From NCBI GenBank assembly GCA_964187785.1, contig OZ076409.1, positions 99,512,001 through 99,576,000 on the forward strand: 64,000 bases of DNA, read 5' to 3'. Below the pieces are notes generated by a model. The model saw only the letters and a program-made list of their open reading frames with translations, had not been told where the DNA came from and searched no databases. Position numbers and translations under genes: made by a program. This DNA is from Amphiscolops sp. MND2022 (Eukaryota). Positions 49,003-60,199 of this stretch are shown in pieces; the stretch's first letter is position 1; each line of letters opens with the position of its first letter.

Positions 49003-52000
49003 TTAGTTCATCAGAAACAACGCTATAATGTACAAAGAAAAGTTCATCGTCAAAGTCCAAGAAAAGCAATGGCAGTTAACACAATTTCTCCTGACGCTGG
49101 GACTTCTTGCCCTTTTGGACTGCGAAGACATAACTGAACTCGAAGCTCCAGCCCCAGAAATAACAACAGAAGGCACTGCTTTCGAAGTTGACGCAACAAC
49201 ACTGGTCATCCGCCCTCCCGAAACAGACAACATCCGAGCTCTCCACTCCTCAACTTGTCCAGAATAATACACGGTGTAACACCGGAACAAGCTGGCATAA
49301 ATATCGGCACTGGAAAGACGACTCACCCCGACGAAAGGATCGAACTCATGACGGGACAAGAACTGATGACCCACAGGTAAAAAAAAGTTTCAATTCTTCC
49401 AGACACTCTACTGTTAACAGATCGTTGGGCACAAACTTTGACTGAAGCACGAAAGAATGAACACAATTCTGAAAGAAGAAAACATCAGTGATCTGGGTAT
49501 GATCAACAGGCAGTCGTCTCAAATCAACAACCAAAGACTTAAATTCGTTAACAGCGGACTCATGATCCACACCACCCAGATAGCCAGCATCGTGCAAACA
49601 AGAACATAGATCCTGAAGCAGTTCTGCCACATAATCGGCATCTCCTGCAATGAGCATATCAACACTCAGACAGCTGAGAGATCTAGCAATGCGCAACTTG
49701 ATGATGGAAGACGAGCCGAGCAGTTTCAGCAGTTCCAACAGATAACCATGACATTCGCTCAGAAACGAGCGACGGGGACTGTCCTCAAATTCTCGCAGCG
49801 CCTTCATGATACTGGGCTCACTTTTAAGACACTCAGCTGCTTTTACACAGGCCCAACTATTCAGAGGCATGTCGATATATTCATACCAATTATCAATAAC
49901 TGGCAACTGGCTCAACTTCTTCACCTTACTTAGCAGACAGTCCGTAAAGCTCCTGCAGGCATTATCCCTAATAGCAGAGTCAAACTGTTTCGCACAGTTG
50001 GCACAGAAGCACAGCAGCACAACATGCAAAAGTGCCAAACGAGGCAACCCAAGACGATTGGAGCACACGAGAGAGTCCAAGTCGACAACCTTGACGCTTT
50101 TCTTCATTAGTAAGGCATCATTAGAAAGGCACAGCGTGACATCAGCCCAGTTCTCCACCAATTCCAGAAAAACATCACATAGGGCTTCAAAAGGAACAAC
50201 ACCAGTCTCAAGACACAGGCGAAAACGGGGTAGCTGCAGCAACCAACTTTGGTGACGAAATCGTCTCGGAGGGTCATCAGAGAGTCATCAGGACAGCAAC
50301 GGTCGGTACACTTCACACCGGAGTATGAGGTCTGCAACGCCAAACTCAAAGGGCTGTCACCTAACCATGACTTTAAACGACGAAGCACCCGAGGGTACAA
50401 AGTGTGAACTAACACCACTAGCAATTCAGTCTTGCTCCACGAAGCTACAGCATAGGGGCTGTCCACAGGCAGGCAGGGTGGTCCAAAACTGGTTCCACAA
50501 GCAGAGGAAACCTTGCGAACCGCCATTCCTCGAAAGCTCAAAAAAACAGCCGACGAGCGTTGAGGGAGGGACATTGGATGGGACGCCATCCAATGCATCC
50601 ACCTCATCCTCGACGAAATTGTTCTTTTTGCCCAAGATAACTGACGGGGTAGCTTCGATTTCAGCACACTGTTCTGCCGATAGTTCAGACGCAGGCACTG
50701 GATCCAGAATTTCGGTGTAAATACCATCCTCGTGATCATATCGGTGCGCCGGTCCCTGCGAAAATGTCTTTTGCATTTGAAATGCCCCCAGATACCCCGA
50801 GGACCACGAGCGAGGAAGGACACATCTTTTTGACAGATGGCACAATTGAACCCATTTGGAATTTAATCACTCCTGCGACTCACGAATAGCTTTGGAATTG
50901 GATGATTACTCGTCGCTTTGGTCAAAACATGCCTTTCAGACTGCTTTTTAGCCCGTTCTTCATCCCGAGCAAGAAGTCGTTCCTTTGTAGCGGCTAGTGG
51001 ATCCATGGCACGCCCAGGGTCACTGGCGTCGATCCCTTTCTGCTTTAGCTACTGGGACAATTCAATGTATACACAAATCACCGAAGATGTAGTAACTAAA
51101 ACCCAATACACAACAAAATCAAGGCTCCGCTAGAAAACCGACAACACAAACTCAGCCAAACATAACACAGAACAACAGTTGATTACAAGAAACAACCTAC
51201 GTTTGGCCAAGGTCTTGGTTTCCTTCAAAGATTCTGTCCTCTCAGCACGGGCAGCACTTCGGGCGAGCAGCACACACTGAGCCGCAGACATCAACATTGG
51301 CGAAGCAGGGAGCACAGACTCCAAACCAACTGAACAAATACACCAAAAGGTAATGAAAAAGAAAAAACTCACATACAACCTGAGAAGACATAAAACGAGA
51401 ATGCGAACCAAAGACAAAGATAACCCGGACACCACAAAGAAATATCGTACCATTTTCCCAAGCATTATAGACGACAGAGGGTTCCATTCCGACGGCGGCG
51501 CGTCCATGCTGGTTCCTTGAAGAGTGCCCACCGTCTTGTGGCAAAATGGAAGTAACTTCCTTTTCAACAGCAGGAGATTCTTGAGCTTGCTCACAGACAA
51601 ACACGTCACCCACGCCTGAAGATTCGAATCCAGCTCCTGTCACAGGATCAGTGACTAGAATATAGCAAGTACAAAATATGAAGAACAACAAAACCACAGA
51701 TAACAGAACCCTAACCAACAAACAACCCAAACGCAACAAGAGAGAAGATGGAAATAGCTACTTTCAAGTGTTCGTGAAGCAGTGACGACAGGTGGCTCAT
51801 AAATGTCCTCAGAACTAGCACGAAGAATAGGAGGATGAGACACTGATCCAGACACGACATCTGACAATCGTACCCGACGAGCTGAACGAGTACTTTCCTC
51901 AGACAGCAAACAAATAGCACAGCGCTTCTTCTTGCTCTGGGACTTCAGTTTAGGAGGGGGCACATAGTCTTCATCGTCCTCATTGTCGCTCTCTGTGAAA

Positions 52001-52376
52001 ATAGAGTGAAAACAGAAGAAAAAGAACGCGTTCAAAATAACTAGAAAAAGCTGGCCATCTATCAATTTCTAGAAAAAATTACCTCTCTTGTTTGCCAAAT
52101 AGTCGAGATCAAGGCGCTCGTCACTAGCAACGGAATGATACGAGTCTCAACACAACTCTCAACGTCCTCACCAACAGGGGCGTCACTCGTGTCTCTCTCT
52201 CCAAATCCAGGAAAAATGGAAACAACAGTCCTGCCCGCATCCAACTCTGCGCTCTCATTCACATCTTCACCTCCAGCCTCATTTGCCTCATCACGAACCA
52301 CAGACTCAACAACGGACTCCGCTTCCACTTCACTCTCCACCAACTCCGTACAACGACTGCGATGACTACAGTTCAA
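49003..52376 (-). pseudogene. Element C antisense zinc finger/hAT-like gene, decayed homologue of 24833-29302
   Basis: CAICQKDVSFLARGPRGIWGHFKCKRH (~50765-50850), WSKTELLVVLVH...SLALQ, ENWADV and RSLSCLSVDML align with the A protein. Confidence 0.82.
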
Positions 52377-53204
52377 AAAGCGTCAAAGTGTTCTTTTTCA
52401 CTATGCATTCGTCGGCTTGTTTTTTGAACTGGTAGATGCTCAATTTTATGCTTCTGTTGAAGTTTATGAAAGAACTTCGCATTGAACAAACGTGAGCAAA
52501 CATCATACGAGTTAAAGGTCAAAGAGTCATTGAAATAATATCGTTGAGAAAAATTTTTTAACGAACGTGAAATTTGTTTGAAAAGATTTCAGGTTGTAAT
52601 TAACTTTGGCGGGTCTGTTATGTAACAAATGTTGAAAACTTTGAGAATTTGGGTCTGTCATTATTTGAATTTGATTTGAACAATGTGCTTGATCTGATTT
52701 TGAGCTGGTTTTGTTGAAATTTGAAAAGATTTGTTGATAATATTTGTGAATATTTTGGATAGGATAGCACCGAAAAATAATGATTATTACTAATTATTCT
52801 TTAAAAATAAAGAAAATAAATATCGGTACGGGTGTGAATAAAAAATTTTGGGCAAATAAATGTGGGTGGGGATGAAATTTGAAATAATAACTACATAATG
52901 AATAATTTCGGTAAGAGTTTGAATTCTTTTAAATATTAGATGAGTTTGAAACTTTTCGAAATGTTATCATGCACAATGTTTTTTCTTTGAGTTTTCTTTA
53001 TTATTAATTATCGATCATCTTCGGCTGAGAATGTGGGTGACGATTGAAGATTGGAAAATGGATGAAGACGGGTCAGCAGATGAATGAAGATGGGCAACTG
53101 TTGGGCGGCGATGAAGTTGAAGATGGGTGCTGATCTGTCAATCGTTGAAGATGTGGAATTCGAAGATGGGAGTAGACGGGTGCTGTTGACGGCGTCTGTT
53201 GATA

Positions 53205-53681
53205 TTAGAAAGAAACGTAAGTATATGTTTTGTGTGGGTAATTATCATCTGTAAGTGCTTCTGGAGGGTCCTTTTGAAGTTCTTCGTCAGTATCGTCGTT
53301 ATCATCTGAAGGCCAATAAGAATTTAGACGTTGTTTTTCCATCTCAGAACGCATTCTATTGGATAGATTCCGTACTAAACGTTTGGGTTTGATGGTAGTA
53401 TGTTCTGTTTGGGTAGTGGCGTCCTTTTGGGTTGAATAAGTGTCAGGATGTTTATGAATATTGAGATATTGGTCGAAATTTATTCTTGTTATTTGGAAGA
53501 TTTGGAACATATTAAGCAATATCATCCTGGTCAGATGAGGATCAGCCTTTTTATTTGTTTTAAGCTGGGCATTCAAAGTTTTTAAATGCTTTTTCAGGAT
53601 CAAGGATTGCAATCGAGCTGAAGAGATTGAAAGAAGAGGAGCTATCGGGCAGTCAATGTCGCCAGGGTGAATAGTTGTCAT
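53205..53681 (-). CDS. Element D accessory ORF, unknown function
   Basis: 158-aa ATG-initiated ORF with the element's strand and composition; no recognisable motif. Confidence 0.35.
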   Translation of the reverse strand: MTTIHPGDIDCPIAPLLSISSARLQSLILKKHLKTLNAQLKTNKKADPHLTRMILLNMFQIFQITRINFDQYLNIHKHPDTYSTQKDATTQTEHTTIKPKRLVRNLSNRMRSEMEKQRLNSYWPSDDNDDTDEELQKDPPEALTDDNYPHKTYTYVSF

Positions 53682-54200
53682 ATTGAAGAATGAGAAAATT
53701 TCGTTGAAAGTTGTAGAAGATACTGTGGAATTCTTCTTGAATGGGTGGCCTGAGAGGAGGAAGGAATGCTGAAGAAGCAGTTCTGACGATATTCACCTAA
53801 AAAAGATTAGTTTGTTTACAATAAAGTTCCTTTGAAAATAGAATTTCGTAGTTGACATTTTTTAATTGAATTTTGTGATTTTATAACTTTTTAATTTTAA
53901 GATTTAAGTTGTTGTATTTTGGAAGTCTTTTAAAGGGTATATAAATATCTTTCATATAAGTACTTATTTGTTGAAATCGGTCCATTAAAAAGAGGAGCAA
54001 TTGAGAAATTTTGTTGAAAATTTTTATGTCGTGATTGAAATGTTTTTTATTATTTCATTTTAAAGAAGTATTTTAACATCAAGCATGTATTATAATCGTG
54101 CATAGCAGGCATATGCGTGTAGACTCAATTAATTTTGACAGGTTGTTAAGAGATTAAGTGATAAGTGTTAAATTTAAAGTGATTATCCCATAATTACCAG

Positions 54201-55484
54201 TTAAGATCGATGCAATTTTTCAATAGTGTAGTTGAATTCGTCTAAGGATGTGCGAATGCACAAAGCTGATTGGCTAATTCTTGTCGTATCAAATACGATA
54301 TTTTGTATTATGCTTCGAGCTTGTTCAAGGGTATTTACGATTTCAGCGATTGTTATAAGAATATCTCGGTTTGGATGATGATACGGTTTTATGATATTCA
54401 GGATTTCTGTATATTTCTGTAATTCATCTGTTGGGCGAAAGCTTTGTGGTTGAGGAATATCATTTTTGGTTTTCTTAGGCGATTCTTGTTTTGCCTTTTT
54501 ATGTTCTTTGTGATTTCCATTTGTAAGAAGTGAAAGCAGGTGAGAAATAATGAAAATTAATTCATTATTTGAATATCCCTTTTTGGTCATTGCGTGAAAA
54601 TAAGACTTTTCACAGTCTCCCAAAGGTTGAGAGGCTATATGTTGAAGTGGAGGAAGAGGATCAGATATATGTTGAGGTATATCTTCTTGTAGTAACGAAT
54701 CGTCGTTTAGAGTGAGGTATTCTTGTGGTACAATGATTGGTCTTTTTGGGTTATCATTTGGAAGGAAGAGAAAACTTTGTTTCAGCGGGTCATAATTTCT
54801 AAGTTTTCCTTTTGTTTTGGTATAATCTATTAAATATTCTGAGTTGAAAGTGAATGGCGATGTATATTTGGAGTTGAAGAATATATAATTATCGGGCTCT
54901 TTATATTGAAGAAACTTTTGATAAGTCATATGGTGGGCCTTTTTGATTTGGTATGGCAAAAAATTTGCATCATTTTCTTCTGTTCGAAGATCATATGGAG
55001 ATGGTCTGAGGAAGTTGTATTGGAGTTAGAAAATTTTCACTTTATTGTTTAACCACCAATCATATCGGGTAATCAATTTTGAAGCAATTGATGTATGATA
55101 ATCATTTTTGAATTCTCTGATGATGAATTTGTATTTTGTTGGAATCATGTATAACGAAGTTAACTGAGATTGAAAAGTGAATTGTTTTGACAAGAAAATA
55201 GAAACTAATTCACAATCTCTATCTTCATCTTGTTTAATTGGTTTTATGAAAGGAGGGCAAGCGCCAGATTCCATAAAAGGTTTATCTGCAGTTATATCTG
55301 GGTACTTCCTTTTTTGAGATCTTGTGTTAACATGATCTACTTGTTCAATAGGGATATTTTCTATAGGGTCTTGAGAGTTGGAGGAAGAGTTATTATCTTC
55401 GTTAACATTTTGTTGAATAGTTATATTCAAAGGGGATGCAAGCAATTCAGAGGGATTAGAGTTAACTACATCAATTTCGGGCAA
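54201..55484 (-). pseudogene. Element D accessory ORF (~430 codons, one internal stop), unknown function
   Basis: ORFs 55026-55484 and 54201-54959 share a frame, and the gap between them is open apart from the TAA at 55026-55028. Confidence 0.6.
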
Positions 55485-55934
55485 GGATTCCTTTATTTAA
55501 ACTTGCGTGTTTTTGTAGAGCTAAAATAATGATTATAACATTTGATTACATTATTTCTAATAATAGGGAAAAATTTTGTTATGTCTTTTCTATCCATTAA
55601 ATTGTTTGTTAAAACTAAAGTTTAAATTGTACTTACAAAATGGGAATACTGAGTCAATGATGGGTTGAAAACATCAACAATCACAGTGGCATCTATTCCA
55701 GGAATAGAAACTTCTGTGATTTCGGTCGTTTAGATGGACTGAAAATCCAGTTGAAGTCTTCTGTTTGAGAGTTGAGTTGCGGTGGGCAAGTGAATTTTTT
55801 GTTGAGTTGAAAAGGAGAGACCGGTCCGAGTGAGAATTTGGGTGTGAATGAAAGTTAAAACTGAGAAGAATTTAGTTGATAATTTTTTGAACTTTTTCTG
55901 AGGTTGATTTGTTTTTTAAGTTATTGCTTTTCAG

Positions 55935-58510
55935 CTAGGAGGGATTGAATTTTATGAAGACTTTAGCAGGACTTTCCGGTACAGCTATTACATTTGACAT
56001 TATTGGGTCATAGTCCTGAGAATTAATATCGTTTACATTAGTTGGGTGTGTCTTTTGCGGTGATTGAAATGTTGAATTCTTACTGGAATATTTAGGAGGT
56101 AAATAAGGGGAGTCAGTATCAGAGTGTCTTCGTTTATTGTTTAATTCTTTGTCCGGCAATAGGATATTATCATTTTCACTTGTTGTAATTTTGTGTTTAG
56201 TATATATCCGCTTTCGTTTTCCTGTATTGTTTAAATCGGTTACCATTTCCGATGTAACTATATTAAAAATCCATGGGCTATTGAACTCAAAATGGAAAAG
56301 TTGCTTTGGAGATTGTATTTTCTGCTAATTGTTCTGTAGAATTTGAGTAAAAATGTTAAAACTTCTCTAATGAAAAGAAATGTTGAAAAATAAATTCCAC
56401 ATTGTGTTAAAACATAACATGGATATCCAAAGAAATTAATGAATGCTTGACTGAACCAGTCAGAGTTAAAAAGTGGTAAAAGGTTTAACAAGTGGTCATG
56501 TACTCCAATCCTTAAATGATTATAGGGATTATGTCCTGAGTATGAGTGTTTTTCATTATGCATTGAGATGAAATCATAACTTAATGATTTTCCAAGTTAT
56601 TGAAGAGTTGTGTCTGAATGTTTAGCAAATAATACTCTATTCCAGAATTGATCTATATCTGCATTTGAGTATATACCGGCATCTTGGGCGGTAAATGTAT
56701 TAGGAGTGATTGTTGTTTTAATTTGGGTAGGTTTAAACATTTGTGGTGCTTCTCGTTTGAGTGGTTCTGGTGTTAACACATAAAAATCTCCGTCGTTGGA
56801 ATCTGGATCTAATTCTATTATATTTTATGGGTTATTTCCACATTCAATTGGTGTTGCATAGTTAAAAGTTTGTCTTGTTATTGGGTCAACATACATTATC
56901 GTTTCTCTGTAGTGTATAGGAATTCTATCAAAGCATTTATCTGCCTTGTATAGTGGTGATATAAAATGAGGGCAATCATACAGCCATGCTGTAGATCCTT
57001 CAACGTAGAGAAAGTTACTACGATTTCCAGTTAAAAGAAAACCGGCTAATTGAGGATTTTTAACTGACATAGCTAGGATTGTTAATAGTTGAGTTCAATC
57101 TAGTTCACATATTGTATGAAGAGTGTTTAGTTCTTGTACTGTCATGGATTTAAATGCATGATTTATTGTGAAATCAATCTTTGTATTAATGTGGGCATCA
57201 TAATCTAAAGTGGCGAAATTGTTTGATATATTCAATGCAGGGAATATATACCTTTTGTTTGAATCATCATATTTTATATTTCCACTAATTGTTTGGTCAA
57301 TTATTGAGTGTGGTTTTGATAATCCTGTGTTCATATCAAAACCATCTAAATATGTAACAAAGATGTCATCATATTGTGTTGAAAATAATGGTTCAGGTTT
57401 TCCACAGAAGGTTTGTGCAATTGGGTATATTTCAAATCGAGAGAGGCTTGGATTGCTTACTTTTGATTGTGGTGTTTTTATATTAGGATATTTTGTTCCT
57501 TGTATTCCTTCGGTTTGATGTTTTTGTGTGATGTTTGAAGTTTAAATGAAGGTATCTGTTTCTATCCAGTATCTATCTTTGATTCGTGTTATTCTACCAA
57601 TGAATTCTTGAAGTTGAAATATGAGGCAAAATTTTTCATCAAACCATGTTAATGTATATGGAGTTTTGGTCGTTGGTTTACAAAATCCGTCTGAATGATA
57701 ACATGGTAATATGTGTCCGTCATGTAATAATTGATTGTTTTTATCGTCATAATCTATTGCGGTGTTAACAATTCTAAGTTTCCAACTTTGTCGGGTAATT
57801 AAATGTTCTCGGTCTGATCGACATCTAGAGTATGTATTTTGTGTAACATTAACTATCCAGTCAGGATAATTTTCATCAAATACGAAGGTTCCAATATGCC
57901 ATGTATTTAATTTTTTTACTCTAAATGGTGTCTGAATTCGTTCAATTGTGTTTTGATAATTACTATCGTCGAACAATGAGAAAGAGCTTTGTATATTGTA
58001 GTTGTTTAGTTCTTCGCTATTAGTCGCGTTTAAATATCTGATCATATTTTTGCATTCAATAGGGTCCAATATTTTTGGAAGTTCTAGTGTGTTCTGTCCC
58101 CATTGTAAACGATCATATCGTCTACTAGATGTGGATGTTTGTGAACACCAGACTTTCTCAGTCTTTATATATGCTTCACATTTAAAGGCTTTTATTCTTT
58201 TGGCTTTTGCTCTAACATAAACTGTTGCTTGGGTTTTTGTGTGTTGTATATCTGAGGGTGCTTGTTTACATGGTTCTACATTTAATAAACTGAATTGTCT
58301 TAAATTATTTTGTTTTGCACAATCATAATGAGATACCATCAAGTTTAAAATGTTAGGGTCTTGGTCTGAAATATGATTTTCGGAATTGGTGGTGTCAACT
58401 TTGGGAACAGTTGAAGGGTGAACTAAAGAGTGAACTATATGTATTATATATGTGTATTTAACAACTTGTATTATATATATTAAATAAAAGGTAAAGGTGA
58501 TTTGGTTCAT
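55935..58510 (-). pseudogene. env: Element D envelope glycoprotein, class III fusogen-like (herpes gB/chuvirus G-type)
   Basis: Hydrophobic N-terminus, HYDC...FSLLNVEPC, FCGKP...STQY, ICELD*TQLL...NPQLAG...GSTAWLYDC, and a C-terminal TM (CGIYFSTFLFIREVLTFLL). The fragments from 58510 to 56258 share one frame broken by stops. Confidence 0.75.
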
Positions 58511-58559
58511 GGTTAAAATATTGATCTATAATTGAGTCCGGAGTAGGGATTAAAAAAGT

Positions 58560-59624
58560 TTATATGTCCTGTTCTAATTTAGGTAAATCTGTGTCACAAA
58601 GGTAAGAAATGGATGTGACTATGAATGGTGATGGGGTTGTTTTGTGTGCTACTCTTGTTGAAAGAGAGAATGGATGAGGTCCTAGCGAGTTGAATCTGAC
58701 TTCTACTTCAAATTTTAATGTGAGTTGTTGTTCTTGTAATCTTCGTAGTTCTCTTTGTTTTCTTTGAGTTGAGAGTGAACTGTTGTTTATAAATCTAGCA
58801 GGTAATACCGTGTATCGAGGATCTTCGTTAAGCGTGCGAACAATTTTTGAGTTAACACGAATAGGATATTCGTGAGGATTTGGCGATGGAGGTCTTGAGA
58901 ATTTTTCTAAAAAATATTCAGGTAATTGTATGGAAGAGTTTGATGCTATTGAACTGGGTGAGTAAACTCGTGAAAAATTAGCTGCGCTATCTGATATAGT
59001 TACTGGCTCTTCAGAAAGAAGAGAGGCTGTTTCAAATCCTGATGTGATTTGAAATGGTAGTGATAGAGGAGATGGTATAGTGGGTTGAGATGAGGAAAGA
59101 GAAGAAGTGTCCAATCTGGGTTGGGCGTGTTGTCGAAGTAGTCTTGAGTTTGTACTTGAACTAGTTAAAGATTGTAATTGTTGAGAATTTCTTTGTTGTT
59201 GAGATCGAAGGTTATAATTATGTCTTGGTATTCTAGTACTAGCAGTTGAGTCAGAATCTTTATCTTTATGATATAAATCTGTTAATGAAGAGGTAGTTGT
59301 TGAATGTACACGTTGTAATTCAAGCTTGGGATATATTTGAGAAAATGTGAATGAACTTAGTTCAGATGGTGAAGGAGTTGGGTGTTGTTGTGTTTTCTTC
59401 GTTGGTGATTTTATTGAAGGTTCTGGTAAAAATGTTATTGGAATATTACTTGATGATGGTAAATCAAGATTTTGTGGTAATGTAGGTAAAGGAGTTTTTC
59501 TTTTTGTTTTCGTTGCGGTTGGTACTTTGTGTGGACAAGAATTTATGTATTGTATGACTGAGCTAGGATCAGGGATATGAATAGAACGAGTGGTAGTAAT
59601 CGGTGGAAGAGGAGGTCTATTCAA
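58560..59624 (-). CDS. Ser/Pro/Thr-rich ORF between integrase and env (probable long Pol tail or accessory ORF)
   Basis: 354-aa low-complexity ORF with a YNLRS motif. Confidence 0.5.
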   Translation of the reverse strand: MNRPPLPPITTTRSIHIPDPSSVIQYINSCPHKVPTATKTKRKTPLPTLPQNLDLPSSSNIPITFLPEPSIKSPTKKTQQHPTPSPSELSSFTFSQIYPKLELQRVHSTTTSSLTDLYHKDKDSDSTASTRIPRHNYNLRSQQQRNSQQLQSLTSSSTNSRLLRQHAQPRLDTSSLSSSQPTIPSPLSLPFQITSGFETASLLSEEPVTISDSAANFSRVYSPSSIASNSSIQLPEYFLEKFSRPPSPNPHEYPIRVNSKIVRTLNEDPRYTVLPARFINNSSLSTQRKQRELRRLQEQQLTLKFEVEVRFNSLGPHPFSLSTRVAHKTTPSPFIVTSISYLCDTDLPKLEQDI

Positions 59625-60199
59625 AATATTTGAAGTATCTTGTGTATTTGGTATTGTAGGTGTTTCATCATTAGAGTCAGAAAGTGGTGAATTTGTTTCT
59701 ACAAATGTTAGATTTCGTGAATTAGGTTGTGATTGAGTTGTTAATATTAGTGTTTGAGTTTGGGTTATAGGTGTATTGGTGGGTGTTGTTGGTACTCTAT
59801 CAGGAGTATATGGAGCGGATGGACTGGGATTTGAGGATGAGGAATCCAGTATGTCTGTATCTGAGTTTAAATATGCTGTATATTCAGGTAATCTTTGGAG
59901 TGAATGTGTTGAACTAGAAGAAGAGTTATTTGTGGTTGATGATGGCGAGTGAATATGTCTATCAATTTTGAAATCTTTGTGTTAAGATAGTTTGTTTCAA
60001 TTTATAAAGTATTTATAGTTTCATAGCGATTTCTTTCGTTTATTATCACTTGTGAAATATTTTTCATTCAGTTTCACAGTAAGCTTCAAACTTTTGCTTT
60101 TCTCTCAAATTTTCTTTATGTGCTTTTTTCTGTATTCCGTATTTCAGCAGGATTTTTGAGAAAGTGAAATTATATCGTTTTCACCAAGGAAGAGTCGGT

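Larger units (their letters stand above)
40285..52380 (+). mobile_element. Element C: decayed Ty3/gypsy relative of A; 3' LTR not seen in the window
   Basis: Putative LTR TGTCACA(40285)...CATCACA(42318), PBS TGGTGACAAGAG, and gag/pol fragments highly similar to A. The LTR start is inferred from the shared terminus only. Confidence 0.85.
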
